Assembly: GCA_034666805.1 (NCBI GenBank)
Contig: JAXDLD010000258.1
Span: 1 to 42,576 of the forward strand
Source of the DNA: Acidobacteriota bacterium
GTDB taxonomy: Bacteria > Acidobacteriota > Thermoanaerobaculia > Multivoradales > UBA5704
Direction of reading: 5' to 3'
Length of the DNA: 42,576 nt
The position numbers and the translations under genes were made by a program. Positions 17,908-32,820 of this stretch are shown here, piece by piece. Within the stretch, counting starts at the first letter, position 1, and every line of letters starts with the position of its first letter. The notes below the pieces were generated by a model. That model was not told the origin of the DNA. It did not search any database and saw only the letters and a list, made by a program, of their open reading frames with translations.

Positions 17908-18086
17908 TCGACGAGATCGAGGTCCAGTGCCCCTACTGCTCGGAGCGGGTCGCGATCGTCGTCGAGCCGGACACCTGGGGCACCCTGGTGCAGGACTGCG
18001 AGGTCTGCTGCAACCCCTGGCAGCTCACCGTCACCCGCGACCGCTACGGCGATCCCGACGTCCGGGTCGAGCGGCTGGACGAGTAA
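17904..18086 (+). CDS. CPXCG-motif cysteine-rich (zinc-ribbon-like) small protein, 60 aa
   Basis: MIDEIEVQCPYCSERV...VQDCEVCCNPW has two Cys pairs. The ATG overlaps the EVE stop (ATGA at 17904-17907). Confidence 0.75.
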   Translation: MIDEIEVQCPYCSERVAIVVEPDTWGTLVQDCEVCCNPWQLTVTRDRYGDPDVRVERLDE

Positions 18087-18089
18087 TTT

Positions 18090-18614
18090 CTACAACCTTA
18101 CAAACTCCGAGTCGGCGGCGGCGTCGTAGACCGAGGCCGGCCGGCGCCGTGGCGGGCCGAGGGTCAAGGGGCGGCGGAGCTGCTCGTCCCCGAAGACCCG
18201 CTTCAGGAACTTCATCGCCTCCTCCTCGACCAGCTCGCGGGTGACCTGGGCGAGGTCGACCTTCTTCGTCAGCAGGCCGAAGCCCACTCCTTCATGGGTG
18301 ATCCGCACCATGCGGGTGCCGGGGTCGCCGAAGAAGAGGAGCGAGCGTTCGAAGTCCTCCCAGCGGTCGAGCTTCACCTTGAGCCCGGCGGCGGTCAGCC
18401 GGTGGAAGATCGAGGCGGACTCGACCTTGCCCACCATGATGTCCTTGATCTCTTCGAGGACGGGCATGATCGTCGACCGCACGACGGCGTTGAAGCTCTC
18501 CCGGAAGGCGACGTTCTGCCGCTGCACCGCCTCGGGATGGATCCGCTTCTCTTCCAGGATCTCCTCATGTCCCTTGAGGAGCAGTCTCAGACGATCGACA
18601 TTGGCCTTGTCCAC
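18090..18614 (-). CDS. hypothetical protein, 174 aa, no family recognised
   Basis: 3' part of track ORF 18090..19652. There is no ATG before IMPVLEEI, but GTG 18612-18614 is preceded by GAAAGGAA. Third-position G/C bias runs from that GTG to the stop. Starts VDKANVDRLRLLLKGHEEILEEKR... The region has visibly lower G+C than its flanks. Confidence 0.6.
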   Translation of the reverse strand: MDKANVDRLRLLLKGHEEILEEKRIHPEAVQRQNVAFRESFNAVVRSTIMPVLEEIKDIMVGKVESASIFHRLTAAGLKVKLDRWEDFERSLLFFGDPGTRMVRITHEGVGFGLLTKKVDLAQVTRELVEEEAMKFLKRVFGDEQLRRPLTLGPPRRRPASVYDAAADSEFVRL

Positions 18615-18682
18615 GTTTCGATTCCTTTCGTTGGAGCAGGGCTCCGAGTTATCCGAAAGGTAAGCAAAAGCTCTGCCAGCTC

Positions 18683-20806
18683 CTAGCGAACGCGGTAGAG
18701 GCCCCAATCGGGGCCGCCGCGGAGCTTCTCGAAGCGCCGGGGCATCTCGTCCATCCAGCGCTGCTCGATCGACAGGGGCGAAAACGACATCACCGCCGAC
18801 ACCTGCCGCTCGTCCAGCCGTTCGAGCCAGCGCTTGCGCCGGGCGGCCTGTTCGAGCTCGTCCCCGGGGCCGAAGGGGACGATGCGCCCGTCGCTCGACA
18901 CCGGCACGTAGGTCAGCCGGTTCTGGAGCTGCCGCCCGAGGAAGTAGTAGGTGAACCAGTTGTCGCCGTCGTGCCAGGGGCCGGACGTGATGGCGATCTT
19001 GGCGGGGGCTCGCGGGTCGTCGAGCAGCCAGGCGGCCTCGACCCAGTACTTGGGCTGCCAGTGGAGGTGCAGGCTCGTGCGGGCGGTCACGTAGCGCGTC
19101 TCCTCCCGGCGCGCCGAAAGGAGCACGCTGCCGGCGATCCAGAAAGCCACCGCGAAGCCGAGCGCGAGCGCGGGCCCTGTCCTCCGCAACCGTGCCAGCC
19201 AGCAGGTGACGAGGGCGCCGGCGGCGAGGGCCAGGAAGATGGCGGTGGCGTCGACGAGCTCGATCGCCGACCACCCGAAGTGGGCGAAGAACCAGGCGTA
19301 GTAGGCGCCGGAGAACAGCAGCAGGCCGCGGTACACCCGGCCGGCGCGCGGCCAGGCGGCGCACCAGGCCAGGCTGACCGGAAGAGCGAGCAGCAGGCCG
19401 CCGATGAGGAAGCGGGAGATGTCCGCCGACCAGAGGAGCCGGAGGACCGAGACCTCCCGGCTCCAGTAGAAACGGATCACCGTGGCGACCGCGCCGAGGA
19501 CGAGGAGCGCCGCCAACGGGCGCCGGCGGGCGAGGGTCACGAGCCCCACGGGGAAGAGCAGGAGCGGCAGGAGGGAGAAGAGGCCGAGCGCCTCCGTCGC
19601 CGTGCCGGGAGGAGCGAAGACCTCCTCCAGTGCGGCCTCCTCGGTTTTCCACTCATAGGGTTCGAGCTCCGGCCGCTCGAGGAACCAGGCGGCGGCCGGA
19701 TCGCTGGCGCCGAGCTTCACCCCCAGCACTTCGATCGGCAGGGTGACGAGGTAGCCGGTCTCCCGGTAGCAGTGGACCATCCAGGGGACGACGGGAGCGA
19801 GGGCGAGGAGGCCGCCGAGGGCGATCCAGCCCAGCCGGCGCACCGCCCCCGGCCGCCGGGCCCCGCGCCTCACGATCCCTATGATTCCAACGCCGACGAC
19901 GAGGCCGACCGCCAGGAGCGCCGGCGGCGCTCCGGTCAGCTTGATCCCGGCCGCCAGGCCGCAGCCGGCGAGGGCGAGGCAGGCGATCCGTCCATCCGGC
20001 CGGCGGAGAAAGCGGAGGGTGAGGGCGAAGCTTCCGAGGAGGGCCGTGAAGAGCGCCGGCTCGGCGTACCCGGAGCCCACGAGGAGCTGCAGGGTGGGGA
20101 TGAACATGCCGGCCCCGGCCGCGGTCGAGGCATAGGGCTCGCGCAGGCCCAGCTCCCGCGCGAACGCGTAGCCGCAGATCCCGACCCCGGCCCACTCTAC
20201 GGCGCTCACCAGCCCGGCGAAGAGGTCGCCGTGGAGCGGCAGCATCGCCCAGGCGGTGAGCACCTCGGAGCCGGCGAAGACGTGCCGGACCCCGGTCCAG
20301 GAGCCGGGCGCCGGGTCGAACGTGTACTGGCCGCTCTGCACCCAGAGGGCGGCGCGGACGCTGTGGTAGGTCAGGCTGTCCCAGGCGAGGGGCGGGAGGA
20401 CCAGGGTGCGGACGACCAGAGGGAGGCCTAGGGCGGCGAAGAGGAGGAGCCCGCCCCGGTAGGGCGAGCCGCGGTAGGCCTGCAAGAGCCGCCGCAGCGC
20501 GCGGCCGTCCATGGCCACGGCGGCGGCGAGCGGTGCCCCCCCCGGTCCTGATGGCAGGAACCAGGCGCCGAGCCCGAGGAGAGTGCAGGCGGCGAGGGCG
20601 GGGGCGAGCGTGAAGGCGCCCCAGGGCAGCAGGAGGTGGAAGCCCGCGGTCGCGAGCCACATCCCCGAGAGCCAGACGGCGCTCCAGCGCAGCGCTATGC
20701 CGCGGGGCCCGACGACCGCGAAGCCGATCCGATACGCGGCCGCCAGGGTGCAGACGATCATCCAGAGGGCCGCGGCGGCCCGCAGCGCGGTCTCCAGGAG
20801 CCCCAT
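18683..20806 (-). CDS. large polytopic membrane protein, 707 aa; possibly a GT-C-fold (ArnT/PMT-like) glycosyltransferase with a C-terminal soluble domain
   Basis: At least 12 hydrophobic helices, followed by a ~150-aa hydrophilic C-terminus. The family assignment is a guess from topology and length only. Confidence 0.7.
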   Translation of the reverse strand: MGLLETALRAAAALWMIVCTLAAAYRIGFAVVGPRGIALRWSAVWLSGMWLATAGFHLLLPWGAFTLAPALAACTLLGLGAWFLPSGPGGAPLAAAVAMDGRALRRLLQAYRGSPYRGGLLLFAALGLPLVVRTLVLPPLAWDSLTYHSVRAALWVQSGQYTFDPAPGSWTGVRHVFAGSEVLTAWAMLPLHGDLFAGLVSAVEWAGVGICGYAFARELGLREPYASTAAGAGMFIPTLQLLVGSGYAEPALFTALLGSFALTLRFLRRPDGRIACLALAGCGLAAGIKLTGAPPALLAVGLVVGVGIIGIVRRGARRPGAVRRLGWIALGGLLALAPVVPWMVHCYRETGYLVTLPIEVLGVKLGASDPAAAWFLERPELEPYEWKTEEAALEEVFAPPGTATEALGLFSLLPLLLFPVGLVTLARRRPLAALLVLGAVATVIRFYWSREVSVLRLLWSADISRFLIGGLLLALPVSLAWCAAWPRAGRVYRGLLLFSGAYYAWFFAHFGWSAIELVDATAIFLALAAGALVTCWLARLRRTGPALALGFAVAFWIAGSVLLSARREETRYVTARTSLHLHWQPKYWVEAAWLLDDPRAPAKIAITSGPWHDGDNWFTYYFLGRQLQNRLTYVPVSSDGRIVPFGPGDELEQAARRKRWLERLDERQVSAVMSFSPLSIEQRWMDEMPRRFEKLRGGPDWGLYRVR

Positions 20807-20930
20807 CTAGGGTGCCGTCTCGCGTCCGGTATCGAACATTCGCGTCATCTCTGGCCTGGAGCATACGAGGGGGGACCCTGCCGGGTCCAGGCGGTATCGG
20901 CTGACGGGGGTGCGCTATGCTTCCTCGCCG

Positions 20931-24164
<3,234 letters not shown>

Positions 24165-24209
24165 GATGTCTGGACCTTCGTTCTGTTGGTTCGCCGGCGA
24201 CCAGGGGCC

Positions 24210-25403
24210 TCAACCGTCGTCCCTGTTTCCCTCCTCGAGGAGCCGCCTCGCCTCGGTCACGATCTCCGCGATGATCTCAGCGGCAGGCTCGACGCGCACG
24301 GTTTCGAGCACGCTCTCTGACCCCGCGGGCATGTCCATCTCTTCGAAGTCGCCCGTGGTGTCGCGGGTGGGAACGATGGCGCTGTCTTTCGGCATGTCGT
24401 ACGGGGCATTGACGACACCGGGGAACAACAGGGTCGAGCCGATAATCGGAGGTTGGGTGGATGGCGGTTCGGTCGCGGCTCGGTTGGCGAGGACGCGCTG
24501 GGAGGCGTTGGGGAATTCCGGGCCGAAAACCGTTGTGAACGTAGTGGCGTGCTTGCCCTTGGCGTTCACCAGGCGGGCCTTGTAGCCGGGGTGGGCATAC
24601 GATTCGGTCGACGCCGCGAAGCGGGTCCCGATCCAACCGCCATCGGCCCCGGCACGCAGGGCACGGACGAGGCTCTGGCCATCGGCGATGCCCCCGGCCG
24701 CCAGCAGGAGACAGCGCCGCGGCAGGCGCTCCCGGACCCTGGCGAGGAGGGTGAGGGTCGGGATCGTTTGATTGTGATTGTGGCCGCCGGCCGAGTTTCC
24801 CTGGGCGATGATCGCATCGCAGCCGAGGGCGGCGGCCTGCTCGGCAATGTCGACCGCCCCGGCTTGCACCCAGACCCGCGACCCTGCCGCTTGCAGCTGA
24901 TCGACCCAGGTCTTCGGCGGCAAGTTGAAATGGAACACCACGACGGGTACGCGATGCGCGGCGGCGATGTCAATGTGATCCTGCGTCGTAAAATCGCCCA
25001 TGGGGCCGGAGGCGATAATGAAGTCCACCCCAAAGGGGTGGCTCGTCTGGCTCGCGATCGCGCTCAAACGCGCGTCGACGACGGGAGGGGGTTCCGGCGC
25101 GGCGCCGTAGACGCCGAGACCGCCGGCGTTGGAAACGGCCACGACCAACTCGGGCAGCCCCACGAAAGCCATGCCGGCGCTCACGATGGGGTAACGGATG
25201 CCGTAGTCACGGACGAGGCGCGTGTGGAGCGAGACCTCCTCATGCCCCTCCTCCTTTCCGTCCTCGTCGCGGTCACCCTGGCCGGCACGGGCAGGGTTGG
25301 CGCCCAAAAGAGTGAGGACGGAGGCGCCGCCCAGAATTCCCAGCACCTGGCGGCGGCTGACCGAAAACGAAATCCTGTTGTCCGGAATGTCGTCTTGAGA
25401 CAT
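24210..25403 (-). CDS. nitronate monooxygenase / NPD-family FMN oxidoreductase with an N-terminal twin-arginine (Tat) signal
   Basis: The Tat-like leader is SVSRRQVLGILGGASVLTLLGANPARA, with the RR codons at 25350-25355. An acidic linker follows, then the NMO core IRYPIVSAGMAFVG...NAGGLGV, IIAQGNSAGGH and GGIADG. GGAGGA lies 6 nt before the ATG. Confidence 0.8.
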   Translation of the reverse strand: MSQDDIPDNRISFSVSRRQVLGILGGASVLTLLGANPARAGQGDRDEDGKEEGHEEVSLHTRLVRDYGIRYPIVSAGMAFVGLPELVVAVSNAGGLGVYGAAPEPPPVVDARLSAIASQTSHPFGVDFIIASGPMGDFTTQDHIDIAAAHRVPVVVFHFNLPPKTWVDQLQAAGSRVWVQAGAVDIAEQAAALGCDAIIAQGNSAGGHNHNQTIPTLTLLARVRERLPRRCLLLAAGGIADGQSLVRALRAGADGGWIGTRFAASTESYAHPGYKARLVNAKGKHATTFTTVFGPEFPNASQRVLANRAATEPPSTQPPIIGSTLLFPGVVNAPYDMPKDSAIVPTRDTTGDFEEMDMPAGSESVLETVRVEPAAEIIAEIVTEARRLLEEGNRDDG

Positions 25404-25581
25404 GAGTGCTCCTCCACAGAGTTGGGGTAGTCCCGCCAGCCCTCTTTGGGCCAGCGGCGATCCGACACTCTGGAGAATCGAAATCCACGGAGAAAAGACG
25501 ACAGCCGCGGCGAGCAGCGCTCCCCCGTTGTCCGCGGCAGGGCAGCCGGGGGCACGTCGCGCGTCCCTCCCGGGGAGAGAG

Positions 25582-25610
25582 GGAGGGGCCGGCGTCGCTC
25601 CGGCCCCTCC
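25582..25610 (-). terminator. strong GC hairpin immediately downstream of the beta-helix gene
   Basis: GGAGGGGCCGG (25582-25592) pairs perfectly with CCGGCCCCTCC (25600-25610) around a 7-nt loop. It lies 12 nt after the TAG at 25623-25625. A pyrimidine run follows, but not a clean U-tract. Confidence 0.5.
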
Positions 25611-25622
25611 GGTCTCAGATCT

Positions 25623-28115
25623 CTACGGGCTGACCGTGATCGAATCGAACGAGCCCGCGTCCGACGTGACCGCGGAGTCGATCACGATCCGCATCACCTT
25701 ACGCCCGGCCGTCAGGGTGACACCGCTCTTGGTGACGGTCTGAAAGACGCTCCAGTTGCCGGTCGCGGGCACGACGAGTGGACCGGTCATGTCGACTCCG
25801 TCGAATTCGACGTGGAATCTCGCGCCACCGGTGTCGGCGCCGACGCGGAGAGTGATCGTATAGGTCCCCGCGGCGACGTCGACTGTGTAATTCATCCACT
25901 CGCCGCCGCTGGTCTGGTAGACGATCGTATCCCAGCGATCGATGTCCGCGCTCCGGTAGCCGCAGGAGCCGGAGCACCCGGCGGTGTTGTCGTGGTAGGC
26001 GACCCACTCACCGCCGTTGTCGAAGTCCGTGGCCGTGACGGTGCCGGGGAGCGACCGGGCGGTGCCGCCGAACGGCGTCTCCGCGACCGCGGTGTCGACA
26101 ACGCGCAGCGAGTAGAAGCCGGCGAAAGTGTGGTGGACGACGAAGCGGAGCACATGGATACCGGCGGAGAGGGTCACCCCCGTCTTGACCGCCGAGCCCC
26201 AAACCGCCCAATTTTGGGTGTTCGGTACCGCGATAGGTCCTGTCTGGTCCACGCCGTCCACCTCGATATGGAAGGCGCCGCCCGGGGCGGTCGCACTCAC
26301 CTGCGCCACGATGGCGTAGGTCGATTGGGTGGCGGCGATGTTCACCGTATACTCGAGCCACTCGCCCTCGGCGAGCGAGAGAACGTTGTCGCTATACATG
26401 TCGACGTCGCTCGTCCGGTAGGTCGAGCCCGAGGAGTTGCCGGGAGTGGTGTCATGATAGGCGACGCCCTCGCCGCCGTTGTCGAAGTCGGCAGCGTGGA
26501 TCGTCCCGGGCAGGGTGGACGGCGTGCCATGGAATGGCAACCCCCCAACCGGCGGCGCGCCGTCGATCGCGTGGGCGGTGGCGGCCGCCACCGCGTCGAC
26601 GTCCGCGCCCGGGTCCTTGCCGTCCGTCCCCTGGCCCTTGTACGGGCTCCCTGCCGTGAGGTGGTAGTCGCCGCCGGCGCTGTTCACGAAGCCGACGGCG
26701 GCGAGCGTCGCGGGATAGGAGTTGTCCGCCGGATAGACGCTTGTCTGGGCGCCGGCGATGACGTTCCTCCGGAACGTCACTCCGGGGAAGTAGGCGTTCA
26801 ACGTATCGTTGCCGCTCCCACGGCTGTCGCCTATGACGCCGTAGAGGTTATGCGGTGCGATGTTGTTCGTGAAGGCGAACCGGTTGTTCGGCGGACCGGC
26901 CGCATAGATGAGGCTGCCGCTTTGGAAGATCGTGTTGTGGTCGAAGGTGAAGTCGACCGAGCCGATCGCCAGGAGGAACCGGCTACTGCCGTTCCAATGG
27001 CTGCCGTCGAGATCCTCGAAGACATTGTTCGCCACCGTGATGCGCTGCGCCTGCTGGCTCTGGAACATGTCATCCAGGCCCAGGGTAGTGAGGCCACCAC
27101 CCGCGTGGCGGATGACGTTATGGGTGAATTGCACGTCCTGCACGACGCTCCACGGTGCGGTGTTTTGCTGATTGCGGACCGTGAAGAGGATGGCGTAGCC
27201 CTCCTGGCTGAACCCTCCCCAGCTGTTCTCGAAGACGTTGCCGTCAATCGTCACCCTTTGCGCATTTTTCAGCTCGAGCAGGTTCTTCGCCTGCCAGGGG
27301 GTGCCGGTGTAGCTCGGGTCGTTCCCGTACCACGAGAGCTGCTTATAGAAATAGTTTCCCCGGATGGCGATGTCGGACGGCACCAGGTTCGGGATCGAAG
27401 GATCGACACCGCCGAATTGGAGATTTTCCGCCGCCGCTTCGAGATAGTTGTTGGAGATCGTATAGGGGCCGGGTCCGTTCCAACCCAGGATCGCCTGCGC
27501 GTCCTGCCCGACCAGCTTGAAGTCGGCGATATAGCTGTCGACCACGTCGGTCATGCCGCTGTTGAGCTGGATACCCCGCTTGAGTGCCTGGGTTGGGAAG
27601 GCATGGATGTAGCAGCGATCGATCACCAGGTGATGGGGCACTTGGGCGAGCGTGTTCTGCTGCTCGCCGCTCGACCCCAGCACGACGAGGTCGTAGACGA
27701 AGGCCTGGGCGTTCTCCGGTGCGACCTCCAAGCCGATCAGCTTGTAATGATGGGCCTGGGGCTCGGTCTTGATCGCCGGGTCGCCGGCCCCGGGCGAAAC
27801 GATCTTCGCGAGCTGGCTCGTGTCGGCTGGGGAGACCCGGCGGCCCGGCGCCAGGTTGTCGTCGGCCGTCGCGGTGCGGATCGTAATCCAGTCGGCGTCC
27901 GTGCCCGTGCCCACCTTGTAGCGCAGGGTGATCGGTCCGGTGAAGGTCGCCCCAGCCTGGAGGAGCAGGGTGTCGCCCGGTTGGGCCGCGTCGATCGCCG
28001 CCTGGAGGTTGGCCCCGGCAGCGACGTTCGTGGTAGTCGCCCGCAGGGCGGGTGCCGACCCGAGGAGAGCGAGGAGAGCAAGGGAGAACGAGAGGGCGTT
28101 GTTGCGGAGCTTCAT
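25623..28115 (-). CDS. secreted right-handed beta-helix (pectate-lyase-fold) protein with two C-terminal CBM6/CBM35-like modules, 830 aa
   Basis: Signal peptide MKLRNNALSFSLALLALLGSAPALRA. Repeated N..F.N / I..N beta-helix rungs are visible. Two homologous ~130-aa modules begin LPGTIHAADFDNGGEGVAYHD and LPGTVTATDFDNGGEWVAYHD. GGAGGA precedes the ATG. Confidence 0.85.
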   Translation of the reverse strand: MKLRNNALSFSLALLALLGSAPALRATTTNVAAGANLQAAIDAAQPGDTLLLQAGATFTGPITLRYKVGTGTDADWITIRTATADDNLAPGRRVSPADTSQLAKIVSPGAGDPAIKTEPQAHHYKLIGLEVAPENAQAFVYDLVVLGSSGEQQNTLAQVPHHLVIDRCYIHAFPTQALKRGIQLNSGMTDVVDSYIADFKLVGQDAQAILGWNGPGPYTISNNYLEAAAENLQFGGVDPSIPNLVPSDIAIRGNYFYKQLSWYGNDPSYTGTPWQAKNLLELKNAQRVTIDGNVFENSWGGFSQEGYAILFTVRNQQNTAPWSVVQDVQFTHNVIRHAGGGLTTLGLDDMFQSQQAQRITVANNVFEDLDGSHWNGSSRFLLAIGSVDFTFDHNTIFQSGSLIYAAGPPNNRFAFTNNIAPHNLYGVIGDSRGSGNDTLNAYFPGVTFRRNVIAGAQTSVYPADNSYPATLAAVGFVNSAGGDYHLTAGSPYKGQGTDGKDPGADVDAVAAATAHAIDGAPPVGGLPFHGTPSTLPGTIHAADFDNGGEGVAYHDTTPGNSSGSTYRTSDVDMYSDNVLSLAEGEWLEYTVNIAATQSTYAIVAQVSATAPGGAFHIEVDGVDQTGPIAVPNTQNWAVWGSAVKTGVTLSAGIHVLRFVVHHTFAGFYSLRVVDTAVAETPFGGTARSLPGTVTATDFDNGGEWVAYHDNTAGCSGSCGYRSADIDRWDTIVYQTSGGEWMNYTVDVAAGTYTITLRVGADTGGARFHVEFDGVDMTGPLVVPATGNWSVFQTVTKSGVTLTAGRKVMRIVIDSAVTSDAGSFDSITVSP

Positions 28116-28289
28116 GCGAATCCTCCATCAAGGTTGGCGTCGAACCGGGACTGGCCGAGGAAGAACCTCGCGGCCAACTTTAACACTTCCGAATCAACTA
28201 ACGCTGAACTTTGCCAGTTGGCGGAAAGGGCAGATCGGGGGCGAAGACCTCTGGCAGCTCGGAGGCAAGCTGCCGGCGGGACCCCGCCT

Positions 28290-30778
<2,489 letters not shown>

Positions 30779-30782
<4 letters not shown>

Positions 30783-31354
30783 TCGAGGATCTCGGCGCGC
30801 AGCGTATGGCGAAGATAGATCCGCGCCTTGTCCCATTGCCGCTGCACCGTGCGCTCGCTCAATCCCTGGAGGGTCGCGATCTCGTTGAAGGTGAAGCCGC
30901 AGAAGAACTTGAGGTCGACGACGTGGGCGATCTCCGGCTCCACGGCGGCGAGATCGTCGAGCGCCTGGCCGAGCCGCGCCATCTCGTCGGCATCGTCCGG
31001 CGGGCCGCCGTCCCCGACGTCCTTGCCGTCGATCGAGGTGATCTCGAAGCCGCCGCCGCGCTTCCTCGCCTGGCGGCGACGGAGGCCGTCGATGATCAGG
31101 CCGCGCATGACCCGCGCCGCGTAGGCGAGGAACCGGGCGCGGTCGGGGAAGGCGACCCCCTCGCGCTCCGCGATGTCCAAATAGGCCTCGTGGAGGAGGC
31201 TCGTCACGCCGAGCGCGGCGCCTCCCCCTAAGCGCGCGAGCTCACGGCGGGCCAGCCCGCGGAGCTCGCGGTAGAGCGCCGAAAAGAGGGCCTCGGAAGC
31301 CTGGCCGTCGCCGCGATCGGCGGAGTGGATCAGAGTGGAGAGGGGGTGTTCCAC
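30779..31354 (-). CDS. ECF sigma factor of the Sigma70_ECF (TIGR02999-like) type, kinase-associated
   Basis: Track ORF 30779..31567; the start is proposed at GTG 31352-31354 (VEHPLSTLIHSADRGDGQASEALFSALYRELRGLARREL). LLHEAYLDI and VVDLKFFCGFTFNEIATLQGLSERTVQRQWDKARIYL match this family. The start is uncertain. Confidence 0.8.
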
Positions 31355-31461
31355 GGGTCTGACTTGAAGTATACGCCGATACCCTGCAGGTTCGTGCGGC
31401 GCGGAGCCGCTGGATTCTCGACGGGAGATGTGCTCTCCTGGACCCTCGAGGAGGGATAGGC

Positions 31462-32319
31462 GTGCTGAAACCTCGTACCGTTTTGCCAGCGATCGTCTTC
31501 GCGTGGCTCCTTCCGACGCTCGGCGCGCCGGCCGGCGCTGTGGCGAGCGCCTCGCCTCCGAGCGCATCGCCGCTGGTGATCGGCGAGACCTTCACGATCG
31601 CTTCCAAGATCCTGGGCGAGACCCGGCGCATCAACGTCTACCTCCCGCCCGCCTACGCCGAGTCTCCGAGCACGCGGCTCCCCGTGCTCTACATGCCCGA
31701 CGGCGGGATGGCGGAGGATTTCCTGCACGTGGCGGGGCTGGTCCAGGTCTCGACCGGCAACGGGACGATGCGGCCGTTCCTTTTAGTCGGCATCGAGAAC
31801 ACCGAGCGCCGTCGCGATCTCACCGGGCCCACCGAGAGCGAAGAAGACAAGAAGATCGCGCCCCGAGTGGGAGGGTCGGGGGCGTTTCGGGCGTTCCTGC
31901 GCCAGGAGCTCATGCCCCAGGTGAAGGCCCGGTACCGAACGACGAACGAAACCGCGATCGTCGGCGAGTCGCTCGCCGGACTGTTCGTGGTCGAGACGTT
32001 CTTCCTGGAGCCGGAGATGTTCGACACCTATATCGCGTTCGATCCCAGCCTGTGGTGGAACCACAAGAGGCTCTTGAACGACGCCGCGAAGCGCCTGGAG
32101 GGACGGCCGAAGCTCGAAAAGACGCTCTACTTCGCCAGCGGTGGCGACGGGATCATCGAGGACACCGATCGGCTGGCGGACATCCTCACCAAGAACGCGA
32201 CGCCGAGCCTTCACTGGCAGTACGTGAAGATGCCGGAGGAGAAGCACGCGACGATCTATCACCCGGCCGCGCTCAAGGCATTTCGCGCCTTGTTCCGGCC
32301 GAGCGCGAGCTCCCGATGA
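31462..32319 (+). CDS. secreted alpha/beta-hydrolase, putative esterase family (IroE/enterochelin-esterase-like)
   Basis: GTG start with GGAGGG 6 nt upstream and a signal peptide. INVYLPPAY, LPVLYMPDG and the nucleophile elbow GESLAG are present. Confidence 0.8.
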   Translation: MLKPRTVLPAIVFAWLLPTLGAPAGAVASASPPSASPLVIGETFTIASKILGETRRINVYLPPAYAESPSTRLPVLYMPDGGMAEDFLHVAGLVQVSTGNGTMRPFLLVGIENTERRRDLTGPTESEEDKKIAPRVGGSGAFRAFLRQELMPQVKARYRTTNETAIVGESLAGLFVVETFFLEPEMFDTYIAFDPSLWWNHKRLLNDAAKRLEGRPKLEKTLYFASGGDGIIEDTDRLADILTKNATPSLHWQYVKMPEEKHATIYHPAALKAFRALFRPSASSR

Positions 32320-32810
32320 GCGACATCCCATTCTTCTGCGAACAGCTCCGCAAGGGGCACTCCGACGATCCCTGGCACGGCCCCGCGCTCACCGACCTGC
32401 TCGCCGACCTGACCGCTGGGGAAGCCGCGGCGCACCCGGTGCCCGGAGCCCACAGCGTCTGGGCGATCGTCCTCCACCTGATCTCCTGGCAGAACGAGGT
32501 CCGCCGCCGCCTCGGCGGCAAGCCGCCGTCCCTGCCCGAGGAGGGGGACTGGCCCGCGCCCGCCGACCTCTCGGAGACCGCCTGGGGGCGGGACCGGGAG
32601 CGCCTCGCCGCCTCGCTCTCCGAGCTGATCGAGGATCTGTCCGGCCACCCGGAAGAGATCCTCGACCACCCGGACGGCTCCCTCGACCGCGACCCCGCCC
32701 TGGGCACCGGCGGCACCTTCCGCGGGATGATCAACGGCCTCATCCAGCACAACGCCTATCACGGCGGGCAGATCGCGCTGCTCCGGAAAGCTCTGCGCCG
32801 ACCGCGGTGA
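32316..32810 (+). CDS. DinB-family protein
   Basis: The ATG overlaps the esterase stop (ATGA at 32316-32319). PWHGPAL..LL..L, SVWAIVLHLISWQNEV and IQHNAYHGGQIALLRK are typical DinB-fold blocks. Confidence 0.8.
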   Translation: MSDIPFFCEQLRKGHSDDPWHGPALTDLLADLTAGEAAAHPVPGAHSVWAIVLHLISWQNEVRRRLGGKPPSLPEEGDWPAPADLSETAWGRDRERLAASLSELIEDLSGHPEEILDHPDGSLDRDPALGTGGTFRGMINGLIQHNAYHGGQIALLRKALRRPR

Positions 32811-32820
32811 CGGGCTGCCG

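Noticed and set aside
28253-28274. Hairpin GGCAGCT-N8-AGCTGCC 16 nt downstream of the kinase stop, as a terminator.
   Set aside because: It has only a 7-bp stem, an 8-nt loop and no U-tract. That is too weak to annotate.
31355-31461. ECF-type autoregulatory promoters (GGAAC-N16/17-CGT) upstream of the two sigma operons. The region 41367-41515 was also examined.
   Set aside because: Only partial matches with the wrong spacing were found (for example CGAACC-N13-CGTATA). They are not convincing without the group-specific consensus.
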